Assembly: GCF_045126245.1 (NCBI RefSeq)
Contig: NZ_JBGVOG010000020.1
Span: forward strand, 1 to 61,310
Source of the DNA: Methanobrevibacter sp.
GTDB taxonomy: Archaea; Methanobacteriota; Methanobacteria; Methanobacteriales; Methanobacteriaceae
Reading direction: 5' to 3'
DNA length: 61,310 nt
Shown: one piece after another, positions 8,008 through 17,025 of the stretch
How the letters are laid out: every line of letters starts with the position of its first letter
How positions within the stretch are numbered: the stretch's first letter is position 1
Position numbers and translations under genes: made by a program
Notes under the pieces: generated by a model
What the model saw: the letters and a program-made list of their open reading frames with translations, nothing else
What the model was told of the DNA's origin: nothing
Databases searched by the model: none

Positions 8008-9210
8008 TTAAACAACAAATGCATAAACTAAAGCTAAAATAACTCCAACGAATCCGAATACACCAAGCCCTAAGATATGCATCAAATAAACGAAAATAAA
8101 CACAAATGCGAATACTCCAATCAATTTCGGTTTTTCATTTTCAACCAAATTGATTAAGGTTCTTGTAAATTCAGATGGAATATTGTATGCATACAATCCG
8201 TTAGCAATTTCAAAGACAACCAGTGACAGAGGAGATGTTGATTTTAAATCATCAACCAATTGAGCTCGCTCACCAGCTTCTCTTCTACTCCTTCCAATAC
8301 CAGCCCTTATTTTAGCACCATTATCAAGTGCAAACCAAGCAGCATCAAGACCTGCCCGAATAGCCAAATCTTTTGATGGGAACCTTGCAATAAAATCATC
8401 CCCACCTTCCCGATAGCCTTCAAGTTCGCCTTCACATTCTGATTCTATGAAATTCTTAATTCCATTCATAAGTTCAACAAGCTGATTTCTGCCATGTTTA
8501 TTAATAAATTTAGTGGAGTCTATTAAATCAATGAATAAATAATTTTCCAAATCGACAGGGTGTGATTCCCTAAGCAAAAATGGGGAATCAAATACCAATG
8601 CATACTCGCCGCCCAGTTTAGTAAATGCAACACCCGGAAATAAACCGACATCTTGAGTGTAGTGGATTGCCCTTTCTATAGCGGCCGCACCAGTCATTCC
8701 AACAGCAGATATTACTTGAATTCCTTCAGATAAGCCAATGCCAATAAGTTCAATTGCAACTCTAATCGCATCGTTTTTGCTTAACATTTTTGCAACAAGT
8801 TCAGTGTCTGTTTTTTCAACAATTTCTCCCGCTTCATTTTCAATAATCTTGACAAAAATATTGATCATATTGGAAGGATGCGGAATCTCAATATAAAAAT
8901 AACGGTCACTTCCCATGATGATATTACTAACCAAAGCGTATTCTTCAATCTTATTCTCGGCAGGAGACAATTCATGGAAAGTATATTCCGCAGGAATATT
9001 TTCAGCACCCACATCACGAATAAGATTTTGTAGAATAGTTTCTGATGTAATTTCCGCTTTTTCAAGCTCAAAAAGAATAGTTTGAGTATAGTTAAATAAC
9101 TCTACATATTCTGTTTCAAGAGAATTTGTTGGAAAGAATTTAGTTCCAACAGCGATAGGATTAAGATTAGTAGTAAGCTTAATAAACGACTTTGTTAAGC
9201 CATTAGCCAT
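8008..9210 (-). CDS. Membrane-anchored GGDD palm / nucleotide cyclase-like protein (mCpol/GGDEF/GCH-III-like fold)
   Basis: YLFIDLIDST...EGGDDFIARF...IRAGIGRSRREA; two C-terminal TM helices; ATG 9210 after GGAGG, overlapping the upstream stop. Confidence 0.65.
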   Translation of the reverse strand: MANGLTKSFIKLTTNLNPIAVGTKFFPTNSLETEYVELFNYTQTILFELEKAEITSETILQNLIRDVGAENIPAEYTFHELSPAENKIEEYALVSNIIMGSDRYFYIEIPHPSNMINIFVKIIENEAGEIVEKTDTELVAKMLSKNDAIRVAIELIGIGLSEGIQVISAVGMTGAAAIERAIHYTQDVGLFPGVAFTKLGGEYALVFDSPFLLRESHPVDLENYLFIDLIDSTKFINKHGRNQLVELMNGIKNFIESECEGELEGYREGGDDFIARFPSKDLAIRAGLDAAWFALDNGAKIRAGIGRSRREAGERAQLVDDLKSTSPLSLVVFEIANGLYAYNIPSEFTRTLINLVENEKPKLIGVFAFVFIFVYLMHILGLGVFGFVGVILALVYAFVV

Positions 9211-10228
9211 CCAAACCTCCTCCTTTTTCAAGTTCTATCTCAAAATCGCCAGGATTTTCCAAAAGCATGTCCGGCTTAACAGAAACAAATGGGAATTTCC
9301 AAGATCCCAATCTGCCTGCAATAGTACTTGCAATGTTTCTGGAGTTTCTTTTTATGAAAATTTCATCATGTTCATTAACACGAATTAAAATGTTATAAGG
9401 GGCATTTTCAGTTACTTCATCAGCCAATAGGATATTTAACTCGAAAGTGCCCGGTTTTGTAAACAGGTCATTTCGAACAGCTATTAACGGTTTTTTTTCA
9501 AGGCCTAACCTATCGGCAATAGTCACAGAAATATTGCCTGCATTTTTAACGGCAACTTTATAATCTTTAGGATGAACCAATACGAAAATAACATAAGGTG
9601 CGGCAATTTCAACATCATCCACCATTTCCACAATCTTGTTAAACATTGGAATTCTTGAAAAGATGCTTTCAAGCTTTGAACCGGCATTATTTTCATTATC
9701 AATACGGATAATAGCCTGCTTAGCTATATTTAATGGAGAAATCTCTAAACCTTCCTTGCCTGTATAAATTTCCCATCTTTTAAAGTTTAATTCTTTGATG
9801 ATTTCATCACAGATATGTTGTAAGATATTCTTATCTTTTTTAGGCTTTTTAGGCTTTCCAAATGTCAATCTTCCATTTTCAATGACAAAAGGAATTCTCA
9901 TAGAAGAAATATTTCTGAATTCAGCAGCATAATCTCTGAATTTATCATTAGACAATATTTTTGCTCTTTCGGTTGTAGCAATCTCAAGAATGAAATGATC
10001 TGCATCATTGCCTGCTGGAACTTCCTCTACATTTTCACTTTCCATCAATCTTTCAAATTTTTCTCTATCGTCAATATCATGGCGAAGTGATGCATCAGCA
10101 ATAATTACAAACTCGTCTTCACCCTCTTCTAAAGCTTTAACGGCCGCAAGGATATTAGACATTTGAGGTTGTCCTTTTTCATTTTTTATATAGTGTGCTA
10201 CGTTTGAAGCATCTACAACAACTTTCAC
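9203..10228 (-). CDS. NYN/PIN (Zc3h12a-like) ribonuclease with a duplicated C-terminal domain
   Basis: VVVDASNVAH, IADASLRH, DADHFILEIA, ILSNDKFRDY carry the conserved acidic PIN/NYN residues; GTG start after AGGTGA. Confidence 0.85.
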   Translation of the reverse strand: MKVVVDASNVAHYIKNEKGQPQMSNILAAVKALEEGEDEFVIIADASLRHDIDDREKFERLMESENVEEVPAGNDADHFILEIATTERAKILSNDKFRDYAAEFRNISSMRIPFVIENGRLTFGKPKKPKKDKNILQHICDEIIKELNFKRWEIYTGKEGLEISPLNIAKQAIIRIDNENNAGSKLESIFSRIPMFNKIVEMVDDVEIAAPYVIFVLVHPKDYKVAVKNAGNISVTIADRLGLEKKPLIAVRNDLFTKPGTFELNILLADEVTENAPYNILIRVNEHDEIFIKRNSRNIASTIAGRLGSWKFPFVSVKPDMLLENPGDFEIELEKGGGLDG

Positions 10229-10320
10229 AATATCACCTAAAAAATCTATTAATATAAAATTTGCTCAGTATATTATATATGTATAATCTCCATATTTAAA
10301 GTTAATTTTTAAAAAAAAAA

Positions 10321-11064
10321 TTAGATTTTATTTCTAGGGAAGTTTCCAAATAAAAACCTTTCCCCGCCAACATTATTAAGATATACTTCTATTTCATCTT
10401 CAGAAATATTATAAACAACATAAGAATTTAGATTCTTTCCTCTTAGCTTATAAGAAGAAAGAGAACCTGCATTAACGATTATTGTATCGTTAAGTTTCCA
10501 AATATTTGGAACATGCTTATGTCCTGACAAGACCAAATCAACGCCATGTGTTGACAATGTTTTCAAGATATCTCCGGAATCGGATAGGATATTGCGTTCA
10601 CGACCTGTTTGAGGAATCGGAATAAGATGGTGGTGAAAAGCAACAATCATAAAATTCTCATTAATGACGCACTCATCCAATTGGTGTTCCAGCCACAAAT
10701 GCTGAGGTCGTCCAATATGCCCCCTATTTTCATCAGGAGTGCTGCTATCCAGCCCAATAACAGTTAAATCATCACCCATAGTTAGTTTCCAACTTCTCTC
10801 ACCAATCAATTCCTCAAAAGTTTGATATCCCAAATTACGAGAATCATGGTTACCTGGAACCGCAAATAAAGGAGCTTCAAACACTTCCAAATATTTTGTA
10901 ACCTGTTCAAACTCCGCATAATATCCATTTTCTGTCAAATCACCAGTCAATATAATCATGTCCGGATTTAACTGATTGATTTCACTTGCCGCTTGCATGA
11001 AAATTTCCTCATTGAAATCTGATCTGGAAACATGCAAGTCGGAAATATGGGCAATAACTGTCAT
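10321..11064 (-). CDS. Calcineurin-like metallophosphoesterase (Icc/CpdA-like)
   Basis: HISDLH, LTGDLT, VPGNHD, HHH, LSGHKH motifs. Confidence 0.9.
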   Translation of the reverse strand: MTVIAHISDLHVSRSDFNEEIFMQAASEINQLNPDMIILTGDLTENGYYAEFEQVTKYLEVFEAPLFAVPGNHDSRNLGYQTFEELIGERSWKLTMGDDLTVIGLDSSTPDENRGHIGRPQHLWLEHQLDECVINENFMIVAFHHHLIPIPQTGRERNILSDSGDILKTLSTHGVDLVLSGHKHVPNIWKLNDTIIVNAGSLSSYKLRGKNLNSYVVYNISEDEIEVYLNNVGGERFLFGNFPRNKI

Positions 11065-11069
11065 ATTAT

Positions 11070-11420
11070 CTATTGGTTTAATTTCATGATGGCTTCTGCC
11101 AAATCGCCTTTACATTCTTCTAATGCTGCTCTTGCATCATCTTCAGAAACATTAGCGCTGTTAGCCACCATTTCTACATCTTCATCGGGAATTTCAATCT
11201 CATATTCAAGTTCCACTTCACGGGCTTTACCATCAATTTGATAGGTTTCCTGACCCATCACATTCATTAGACTTACACCAGGATTATCAATGATTAATTC
11301 TTTATCATCAAAGCGGATAATTACTTCACGGACGCCTTCAAGCTCTTCCATTTTCATTCCCATTTTTTTCATTTGTCTTTCCATCTGTTTCATTTGTTTC
11401 TTATTCATTCCAGGCATCAT
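11070..11420 (-). CDS. nac: Nascent polypeptide-associated complex protein
   Basis: MKQMERQMKKMGM, VREVII, MGQETYQI, C-terminal UBA GDLAEAIMKL. Confidence 0.95.
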   Translation of the reverse strand: MMPGMNKKQMKQMERQMKKMGMKMEELEGVREVIIRFDDKELIIDNPGVSLMNVMGQETYQIDGKAREVELEYEIEIPDEDVEMVANSANVSEDDARAALEECKGDLAEAIMKLNQ

Positions 11421-11509
11421 AAAAAATCCTCAATAAAATAACTATTTATAATTATGTTTTTAATTATTATTAAAATTTGCTTAATTTTTTAAAAAAAAAA
11501 TAATATGGA

Positions 11510-12649
11510 TTAATTTTCAAATCCATAAATTTCGGTTTCGAAGGTTTTTGCAACATCCTTTAAAACTTCAGGAATGTTGATTTGTTGAGGGCATTCCTCC
11601 AAGCATGCTTCACATTCAATGCAGTCAGAAGCTATTCCAACATCAGGAAGTTTTGAATAGTTCAGATAGGCATTTCCCTGCTGAGTCCAATCGTCCCTTC
11701 CAAGAATCTTATGTTTATTATATAAATCAAAGAGTTTTGCTATATTAATCTCTTCAGAGCAGGCATCGACGCAGTATCTGCATTTTGTGCAGTCCACAGT
11801 GATATTGCTATTGATAATCTCTGAAACCTCTTCAAGAAGATTTAATTCATCGTCGTTTAATGGATCTGCATTGTTGAATTCATCGATATTGTTTTGCAGC
11901 TGCTCAAAACTGCTTGCACCAGTGAAAACAACACAGACATCCAAATTGGCTACAAATCTCATTGCCCATGAAACAACTGATCTGTCGGGGTCATGCTCTT
12001 TCATGAGTTTTTCTGCTTCTTTCGGCACATCTGCAAGAAAACCTCCCTTATACGGCTCCATAACCATTACCGGCTTATTGTATTTTTTTGCAACATCCAA
12101 ACATTTTTTGGATTCGATTGCTTCATCTTCCCAATCAAGATAATTGATTTGCAATAATACAAACTCTATTTCAGGATGGTCAAATAACAACTCTTCCAAA
12201 AATTCTGCATTACCATGAGTTGATAAACCAATGTGCTTAATAAAACCTTCATCTTTTTTCTTTTGAATAAAAGAGTATAAATCAACATTTTTCCAAGCAT
12301 TTTCAGTATAACCGCTTACATTATGCAACAAATAATAATCAAAATAATCCACACCGCAATTTTCAAGCTGTTCAGCGAATATAGGTTCCAATTGTGATTC
12401 TTCAGTAATCACAAACAGCGGCAATTTGGTTGAAATTTTAAATGATTCACGGGGATATCTCTCAACTACAGATTTTCTAAAAGCCAATTCGCCTATACCA
12501 TCATGATAGATATACGCTGTGTCAAAGAGATTAAATCCGCTTTCCATATACAAATCAACCATTTTGTTTACCTGTTCAAAATCAATGCTTTTAAAATCAT
12601 CTTCATTTAAAAGCGGCAACCTCATCATTCCCATTCCTAACTGAACCAT
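11510..12649 (-). CDS. Aldo/keto reductase with C-terminal 4Fe-4S domain
   Basis: LGMGMMRLP, FDTAYIYH, STKLP, VMEPYKGG; CTKCRYC and CIECEACLEECP. Confidence 0.9.
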   Translation of the reverse strand: MVQLGMGMMRLPLLNEDDFKSIDFEQVNKMVDLYMESGFNLFDTAYIYHDGIGELAFRKSVVERYPRESFKISTKLPLFVITEESQLEPIFAEQLENCGVDYFDYYLLHNVSGYTENAWKNVDLYSFIQKKKDEGFIKHIGLSTHGNAEFLEELLFDHPEIEFVLLQINYLDWEDEAIESKKCLDVAKKYNKPVMVMEPYKGGFLADVPKEAEKLMKEHDPDRSVVSWAMRFVANLDVCVVFTGASSFEQLQNNIDEFNNADPLNDDELNLLEEVSEIINSNITVDCTKCRYCVDACSEEINIAKLFDLYNKHKILGRDDWTQQGNAYLNYSKLPDVGIASDCIECEACLEECPQQINIPEVLKDVAKTFETEIYGFEN

Positions 12650-12892
12650 GTTATCTCCTCAATCATCCCTTTTTTTATCAAATAAGCTCATCACGCACTA
12701 CGCAATTAGCCATATTTCCTCATATTTAAATTTTTACTAATTATTATTATATCCATTATAGATAATAAATTTTCGTTTAAATTTAAAGAAACATCATTAG
12801 CATCAAGGATAAGATAAAATATAAATACATATACCTTCTAGAGATTTCATTTGAAAAAAAATTTTTTAATTAGGTAAACCATAATTATCCTT

Positions 12893-13429
12893 ATGAAAAA
12901 GACACGATGCAACTGGGTAAGCGATGATGAAGTTTACATCAGATATCATGATGAGGAATGGGGAATTCCGACACATGATGACCATGAACTGTTTGAAATG
13001 CTTGTTTTGGAATCATTTCAGGCGGGCCTTTCCTGGATTACCATTTTAAAAAAGCGTGAAAACTTTAAAAAGGCATTTGATGATTTTGATGTTGAAAAAG
13101 TGGCCAATTATGGTGAAGATAAAGTTGAAGAACTAAGAAATGATGAGGGAATTATTCGCCATAAAGGTAAAATCGCCTCCGCCATCAATAATGCAAAAAT
13201 ATTTATTGAAATCCAAAAGGAATTTGAAAGCTTTGATAAATATATCTGGTCATTTACGAATGGAAAAATTATAAAAGGAGAATTTTTAACGGAATCCGAA
13301 CTTTCAAAAACCATTTCAAAAGACTTGAAAAAACGTGGAATGAAATTTGTTGGTCCGACAATCATTTATTCATATCTTGAGTCAATAGGCATAATTGACA
13401 ATCATCAAAAAGATTGCTATAAATTTTGA
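12893..13429 (+). CDS. tag: DNA-3-methyladenine glycosylase I
   Basis: RCNW, YHDEEWG, LESFQAGLSWITILKKRENF, FVGPTIIYSYL, H..DC. Confidence 0.95.
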   Translation: MKKTRCNWVSDDEVYIRYHDEEWGIPTHDDHELFEMLVLESFQAGLSWITILKKRENFKKAFDDFDVEKVANYGEDKVEELRNDEGIIRHKGKIASAINNAKIFIEIQKEFESFDKYIWSFTNGKIIKGEFLTESELSKTISKDLKKRGMKFVGPTIIYSYLESIGIIDNHQKDCYKF

Positions 13430-13466
13430 TTAAAAATTAGAAATAAAGTAATGGGAGTAAATAAGA

Positions 13467-14504
13467 CTACTCTTCCAATAAGATTATGTCTTTTGGATCT
13501 ATTTTTAAATAATCCGGAACTGTAAATTCATGCTCATCAATCTGCTTATCAGATTTCCACCATAGACCGTTTGCCAAGGTTATCTCCCATTCAAAAGGCA
13601 TTTCCATTACTGTTGAATTATGTGTGTCAAACGCATTGACATCATCTTTTTCGGCAGCAGTGAAATCATGTGCCCTTATTCCAATATGATTGATATTAGG
13701 TGAAATTTTTTCAGCTACTTCAAATGTGACTCCCCAATCTAAAGATTTGAGATGATAATCATCAATAATTTCGACTTTGGAAATATTTTTACATCCTGTA
13801 AGCCTGGCGACTTGAACTTTTCTTGGATTCTCGAAGATGTCATAAGTGTCGCCCTTTGCTATAATTTTACCTTCATCCAACACTATAAGCTCATCACAGA
13901 ACTGGAATGCCTCATCACGGTCATGAGTTACCATAATAGAAAATCCCTTAAAGTCCTTTAATGAATTTGCAAGTTCAATACGCAATTGCTCTTTTAAGAA
14001 AGTATCCATAGCACTGAACGGCTCATCCAACAATATTACATCAGGACCATAAGCCATTATACGGGCTAAGGCTACCCTTTGCTGTTGACCACCTGATAAT
14101 TGCCTAGGATATCTTTTTTCCAATCCCTCTAAATGAAAACGTTTAATCATTTGAGCTACAACTGTTTCTTCATGTTCTTTAGGCAAACCAATAGCAATAT
14201 TCTCTTCAACAGTCATATTAGGGAATAATGCATAATTCTGAAATAGGTAACCCACATTTCTCTTTTGAGGTTTTAAATTAATTTTTTTATCAGAATCAAA
14301 ATAAATGTCATTTTCATCAGTGGTTACGCTCACAACTCCCTTATCAGGAGTCACAATACCTGCAATGGATTTCAATGTCATACTTTTACCGCAACCGGAA
14401 GGACCAAGAATACCTAAACGCCCTCTTCTCAATTCAAAATCGACATCCAAGTCAAATTCACTAAGTTCCATTTGGATATCTACTTTCAATAACTTATCAC
14501 TCAT
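13467..14504 (-). CDS. modC: Molybdate ABC transporter ATPase
   Basis: GPSGCGKS, LSGGQQQRVALAR, LLDEPFS; downstream of modB. Confidence 0.88.
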   Translation of the reverse strand: MSDKLLKVDIQMELSEFDLDVDFELRRGRLGILGPSGCGKSMTLKSIAGIVTPDKGVVSVTTDENDIYFDSDKKINLKPQKRNVGYLFQNYALFPNMTVEENIAIGLPKEHEETVVAQMIKRFHLEGLEKRYPRQLSGGQQQRVALARIMAYGPDVILLDEPFSAMDTFLKEQLRIELANSLKDFKGFSIMVTHDRDEAFQFCDELIVLDEGKIIAKGDTYDIFENPRKVQVARLTGCKNISKVEIIDDYHLKSLDWGVTFEVAEKISPNINHIGIRAHDFTAAEKDDVNAFDTHNSTVMEMPFEWEITLANGLWWKSDKQIDEHEFTVPDYLKIDPKDIILLEE

Positions 14505-14530
14505 AATCCATCCCTCTCAACTAAAGCGTA

Positions 14531-15208
14531 TCATTTCCATTGCTTTTCCTTACGTATGGAAATATAATCCATGATGAAAATAGCTATAAACGATATAACA
14601 ACAATAACTATTACATAATTAAAAGCTTCCCCCATATTACCTGCAGCCACTTCTGAGTAGACAGCCATAGGGAGAGTTCTAGTTTGACCGGCAATGTTAC
14701 CTGCAAGCATAGCTGTAGCACCGAATTCTCCTAAACCACGAGCATAAGCAAGAATTCCACCACTGATAATTCCAGGCAATGCATTTGCAAATAAAACTTT
14801 CCAGAAAATTTTCCATTCTGACATACCTAATGTACGGCCGGCATCCAGCAGGTTTGAATCAACCTGTTCAAAAGCGCCCCTAGCGGAACGATACATTAAA
14901 GGAAAAGACATGACTACTGCAGCAATAACTGTTGCAGGCCATGAGAAAGCTATTTTCATAGCGAAAAATTCTATAAAAAAGCTACCAATTGGTCCTCTTA
15001 CACCAAAGATATACAATAAAAAGAACCCTACAACGGTAGGGGGCAATACAATTGGGAGTGTAAAAATACCATCCAGTATAATCTTTAGTGTATCATTTTT
15101 AACCTTAACAAGCCAATAAGCAACAAACAAACCTACAAAAAAGGTTATGAAAATTGATAAGCTTGCAGTCTTCATTGAAATGAAAACCGGGGACCAATCA
15201 ACAGCCAT
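14531..15208 (-). CDS. modB: Molybdate ABC transporter permease
   Basis: LPIVLPPTVVGF, SFPLMYRS, ARGLGEFGAT, GQTRTLP. Confidence 0.93.
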   Translation of the reverse strand: MAVDWSPVFISMKTASLSIFITFFVGLFVAYWLVKVKNDTLKIILDGIFTLPIVLPPTVVGFFLLYIFGVRGPIGSFFIEFFAMKIAFSWPATVIAAVVMSFPLMYRSARGAFEQVDSNLLDAGRTLGMSEWKIFWKVLFANALPGIISGGILAYARGLGEFGATAMLAGNIAGQTRTLPMAVYSEVAAGNMGEAFNYVIVIVVISFIAIFIMDYISIRKEKQWK

Positions 15209-15255
15209 GTCTTTATCTCCTTTAATATTATTTAATTATCCACTTGTTTCAAAAT

Positions 15256-16086
15256 CTATTTTTGATTAATAGTGAAACCATATTCAACGAATATGTCTTT
15301 AGCTTCTTGAGTTTGTAAGAATTCTAAGAATGCTTTTGCACCATCTGGGTTTGTAGCGTTTTTAGTAATAGCTACTGGGTAAATTACAGGAGTTTTTAAA
15401 GCATCATCAGGAGCTTCACAAACTACTTTAACACCATCATTGGATTTTGCATCAGTAGCATATACAATACCACAGTCAGCAGATCCTTGAGCTACTTGGT
15501 TTAATACAGCAGTTACATCAGTACCTAAAGATAATTTGGATTGGAGATCTTCCCAAATGCCTGTGTTGTTTAATGCTTCTCTAGCGTATTGACCTGCAGG
15601 TACGGATTCAGGATCACCAATTGCAATGGTACCGTTTACATCTTTCAAATCATCAAATGAAGTTATGTTAAGAGTTGAGTCTTTAGGTACAATTAAAACA
15701 ACTTTGTTTTCTAAAAGTTGAACATTTGTATCGTTGTCAATTAAACTTTCATTGATTAATTTGTTCATTTGTTTATTAGCAGCAGACATGAATACATCTG
15801 TTTCCAAACCGTTTTCAATTTGGGTTTGTAAATCTCCACTTGAAGCGTAAGTAGGGACTACTTTTACACCAGGATATTTTTCTTCAAACATTGGAATTAA
15901 CTTATCATCATAAACATTTTTTAAACTAGCAGCAGCAGCTAAATGAACTTCTGTACCATTTAAACTATCATCGGTAGAGCTACCGCCTAAAAAATCAAAC
16001 CATCCAGCGCTAACTGCTGAACTTGCACAAACAATTGCTATCATTGCTATAACAGCAATAATTAACACTTTTCTCATAGATTTCAT
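15256..16086 (-). CDS. modA: Molybdate ABC transporter substrate-binding protein
   Basis: AAASL, ASSGDLQTQIENG, DVFMSA, GDPESVPAGQYA, GIVYATDA; ATG 16086 after GGAGG; signal peptide. Confidence 0.93.
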   Translation of the reverse strand: MKSMRKVLIIAVIAMIAIVCASSAVSAGWFDFLGGSSTDDSLNGTEVHLAAAASLKNVYDDKLIPMFEEKYPGVKVVPTYASSGDLQTQIENGLETDVFMSAANKQMNKLINESLIDNDTNVQLLENKVVLIVPKDSTLNITSFDDLKDVNGTIAIGDPESVPAGQYAREALNNTGIWEDLQSKLSLGTDVTAVLNQVAQGSADCGIVYATDAKSNDGVKVVCEAPDDALKTPVIYPVAITKNATNPDGAKAFLEFLQTQEAKDIFVEYGFTINQK

Positions 16087-16588
16087 GGTTTTCCTCCTTT
16101 GAAATAATATATACAAAAACACCATCAGACATCAAATACAATAATCAAAGATTAATAAAAATTGCGAATAAGTTTATTTGCATATTCAATTAATCAGATA
16201 GATTAATGCTTCAACCAATAAACCCACACCAATAAAAAAATAACATTATAAACTGAATTATTATTCAATTTCATGATATTTTTTCACACACTAATTTCCC
16301 AATCTTAAATTACCATTCAATTATCATGATTAGTAATTATAAATAAGTTAACAGTGACATATATATTTTTTCATAACGAGCTAGGATATTTAGAAAAAAA
16401 GTGTGTTAATGAATGTAATATCGAAAAATATATTTTTGTTAAAAAATCATTAAAATTAAAAAAAATAAATTAATTTAACTTCTGGCAAAAGTAAATAATC
16501 TTACAATCATCTATTCAAAACGAAATAAAAAAAGTTTACATACAACATTTATAATATGAATTGAACAAATAATTACTTGAGGTGCAAC

Positions 16589-16996
16589 ATGTCAGAAATT
16601 GCAAAAATAGACGAATTTTTAACAAGAGCAGAAGTATTTTACCTTGCAACAGTAAACGGAGACAAACCAAAAGTCAGACCTCTGGGTTTCCATTTGCTGT
16701 TTGAAGACAAGATATACTTCGGAGTAGGAACCTTTAAAGAAGTTTACAAACAATTGGAAGCTAATCAAAATGTTGAAATAGCTGCCTGGGATGGAGAACA
16801 CTTTTTAAGATATTATGGTGTCGCAGACCTAAGCAAAAATGAAGCTGTTGTCCAAAAAGCATTTGAACTCATGCCTGAGATTAAAGAAGCTTATGAAGCT
16901 AATGGCTGGGAAATGGGCGTTTTCTACCTTGACGATGCAACAGCAGAAATTAGAAATATGTTTGCTGTTGAAGAAACATATGAATTCAAGTATTAA
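16589..16996 (+). CDS. Pyridoxamine 5'-phosphate oxidase-like (split-barrel flavin-binding) protein
   Basis: FYLATVNGDKPKVRP, KEVYKQLEANQNVEI; ATG 16589 after GAGGTG. Confidence 0.85.
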   Translation: MSEIAKIDEFLTRAEVFYLATVNGDKPKVRPLGFHLLFEDKIYFGVGTFKEVYKQLEANQNVEIAAWDGEHFLRYYGVADLSKNEAVVQKAFELMPEIKEAYEANGWEMGVFYLDDATAEIRNMFAVEETYEFKY

Positions 16997-17025
16997 TGTG
17001 AAAAACATTAATACTCTCACTTTTT

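Noticed and set aside
8008..10228. Type III CRISPR-Cas (Cas10 plus ancillary nuclease) locus
   Set aside because: No HD domain, RAMP/cas genes or repeat-spacer array in the window; the protein is only about 400 aa and has TM helices.
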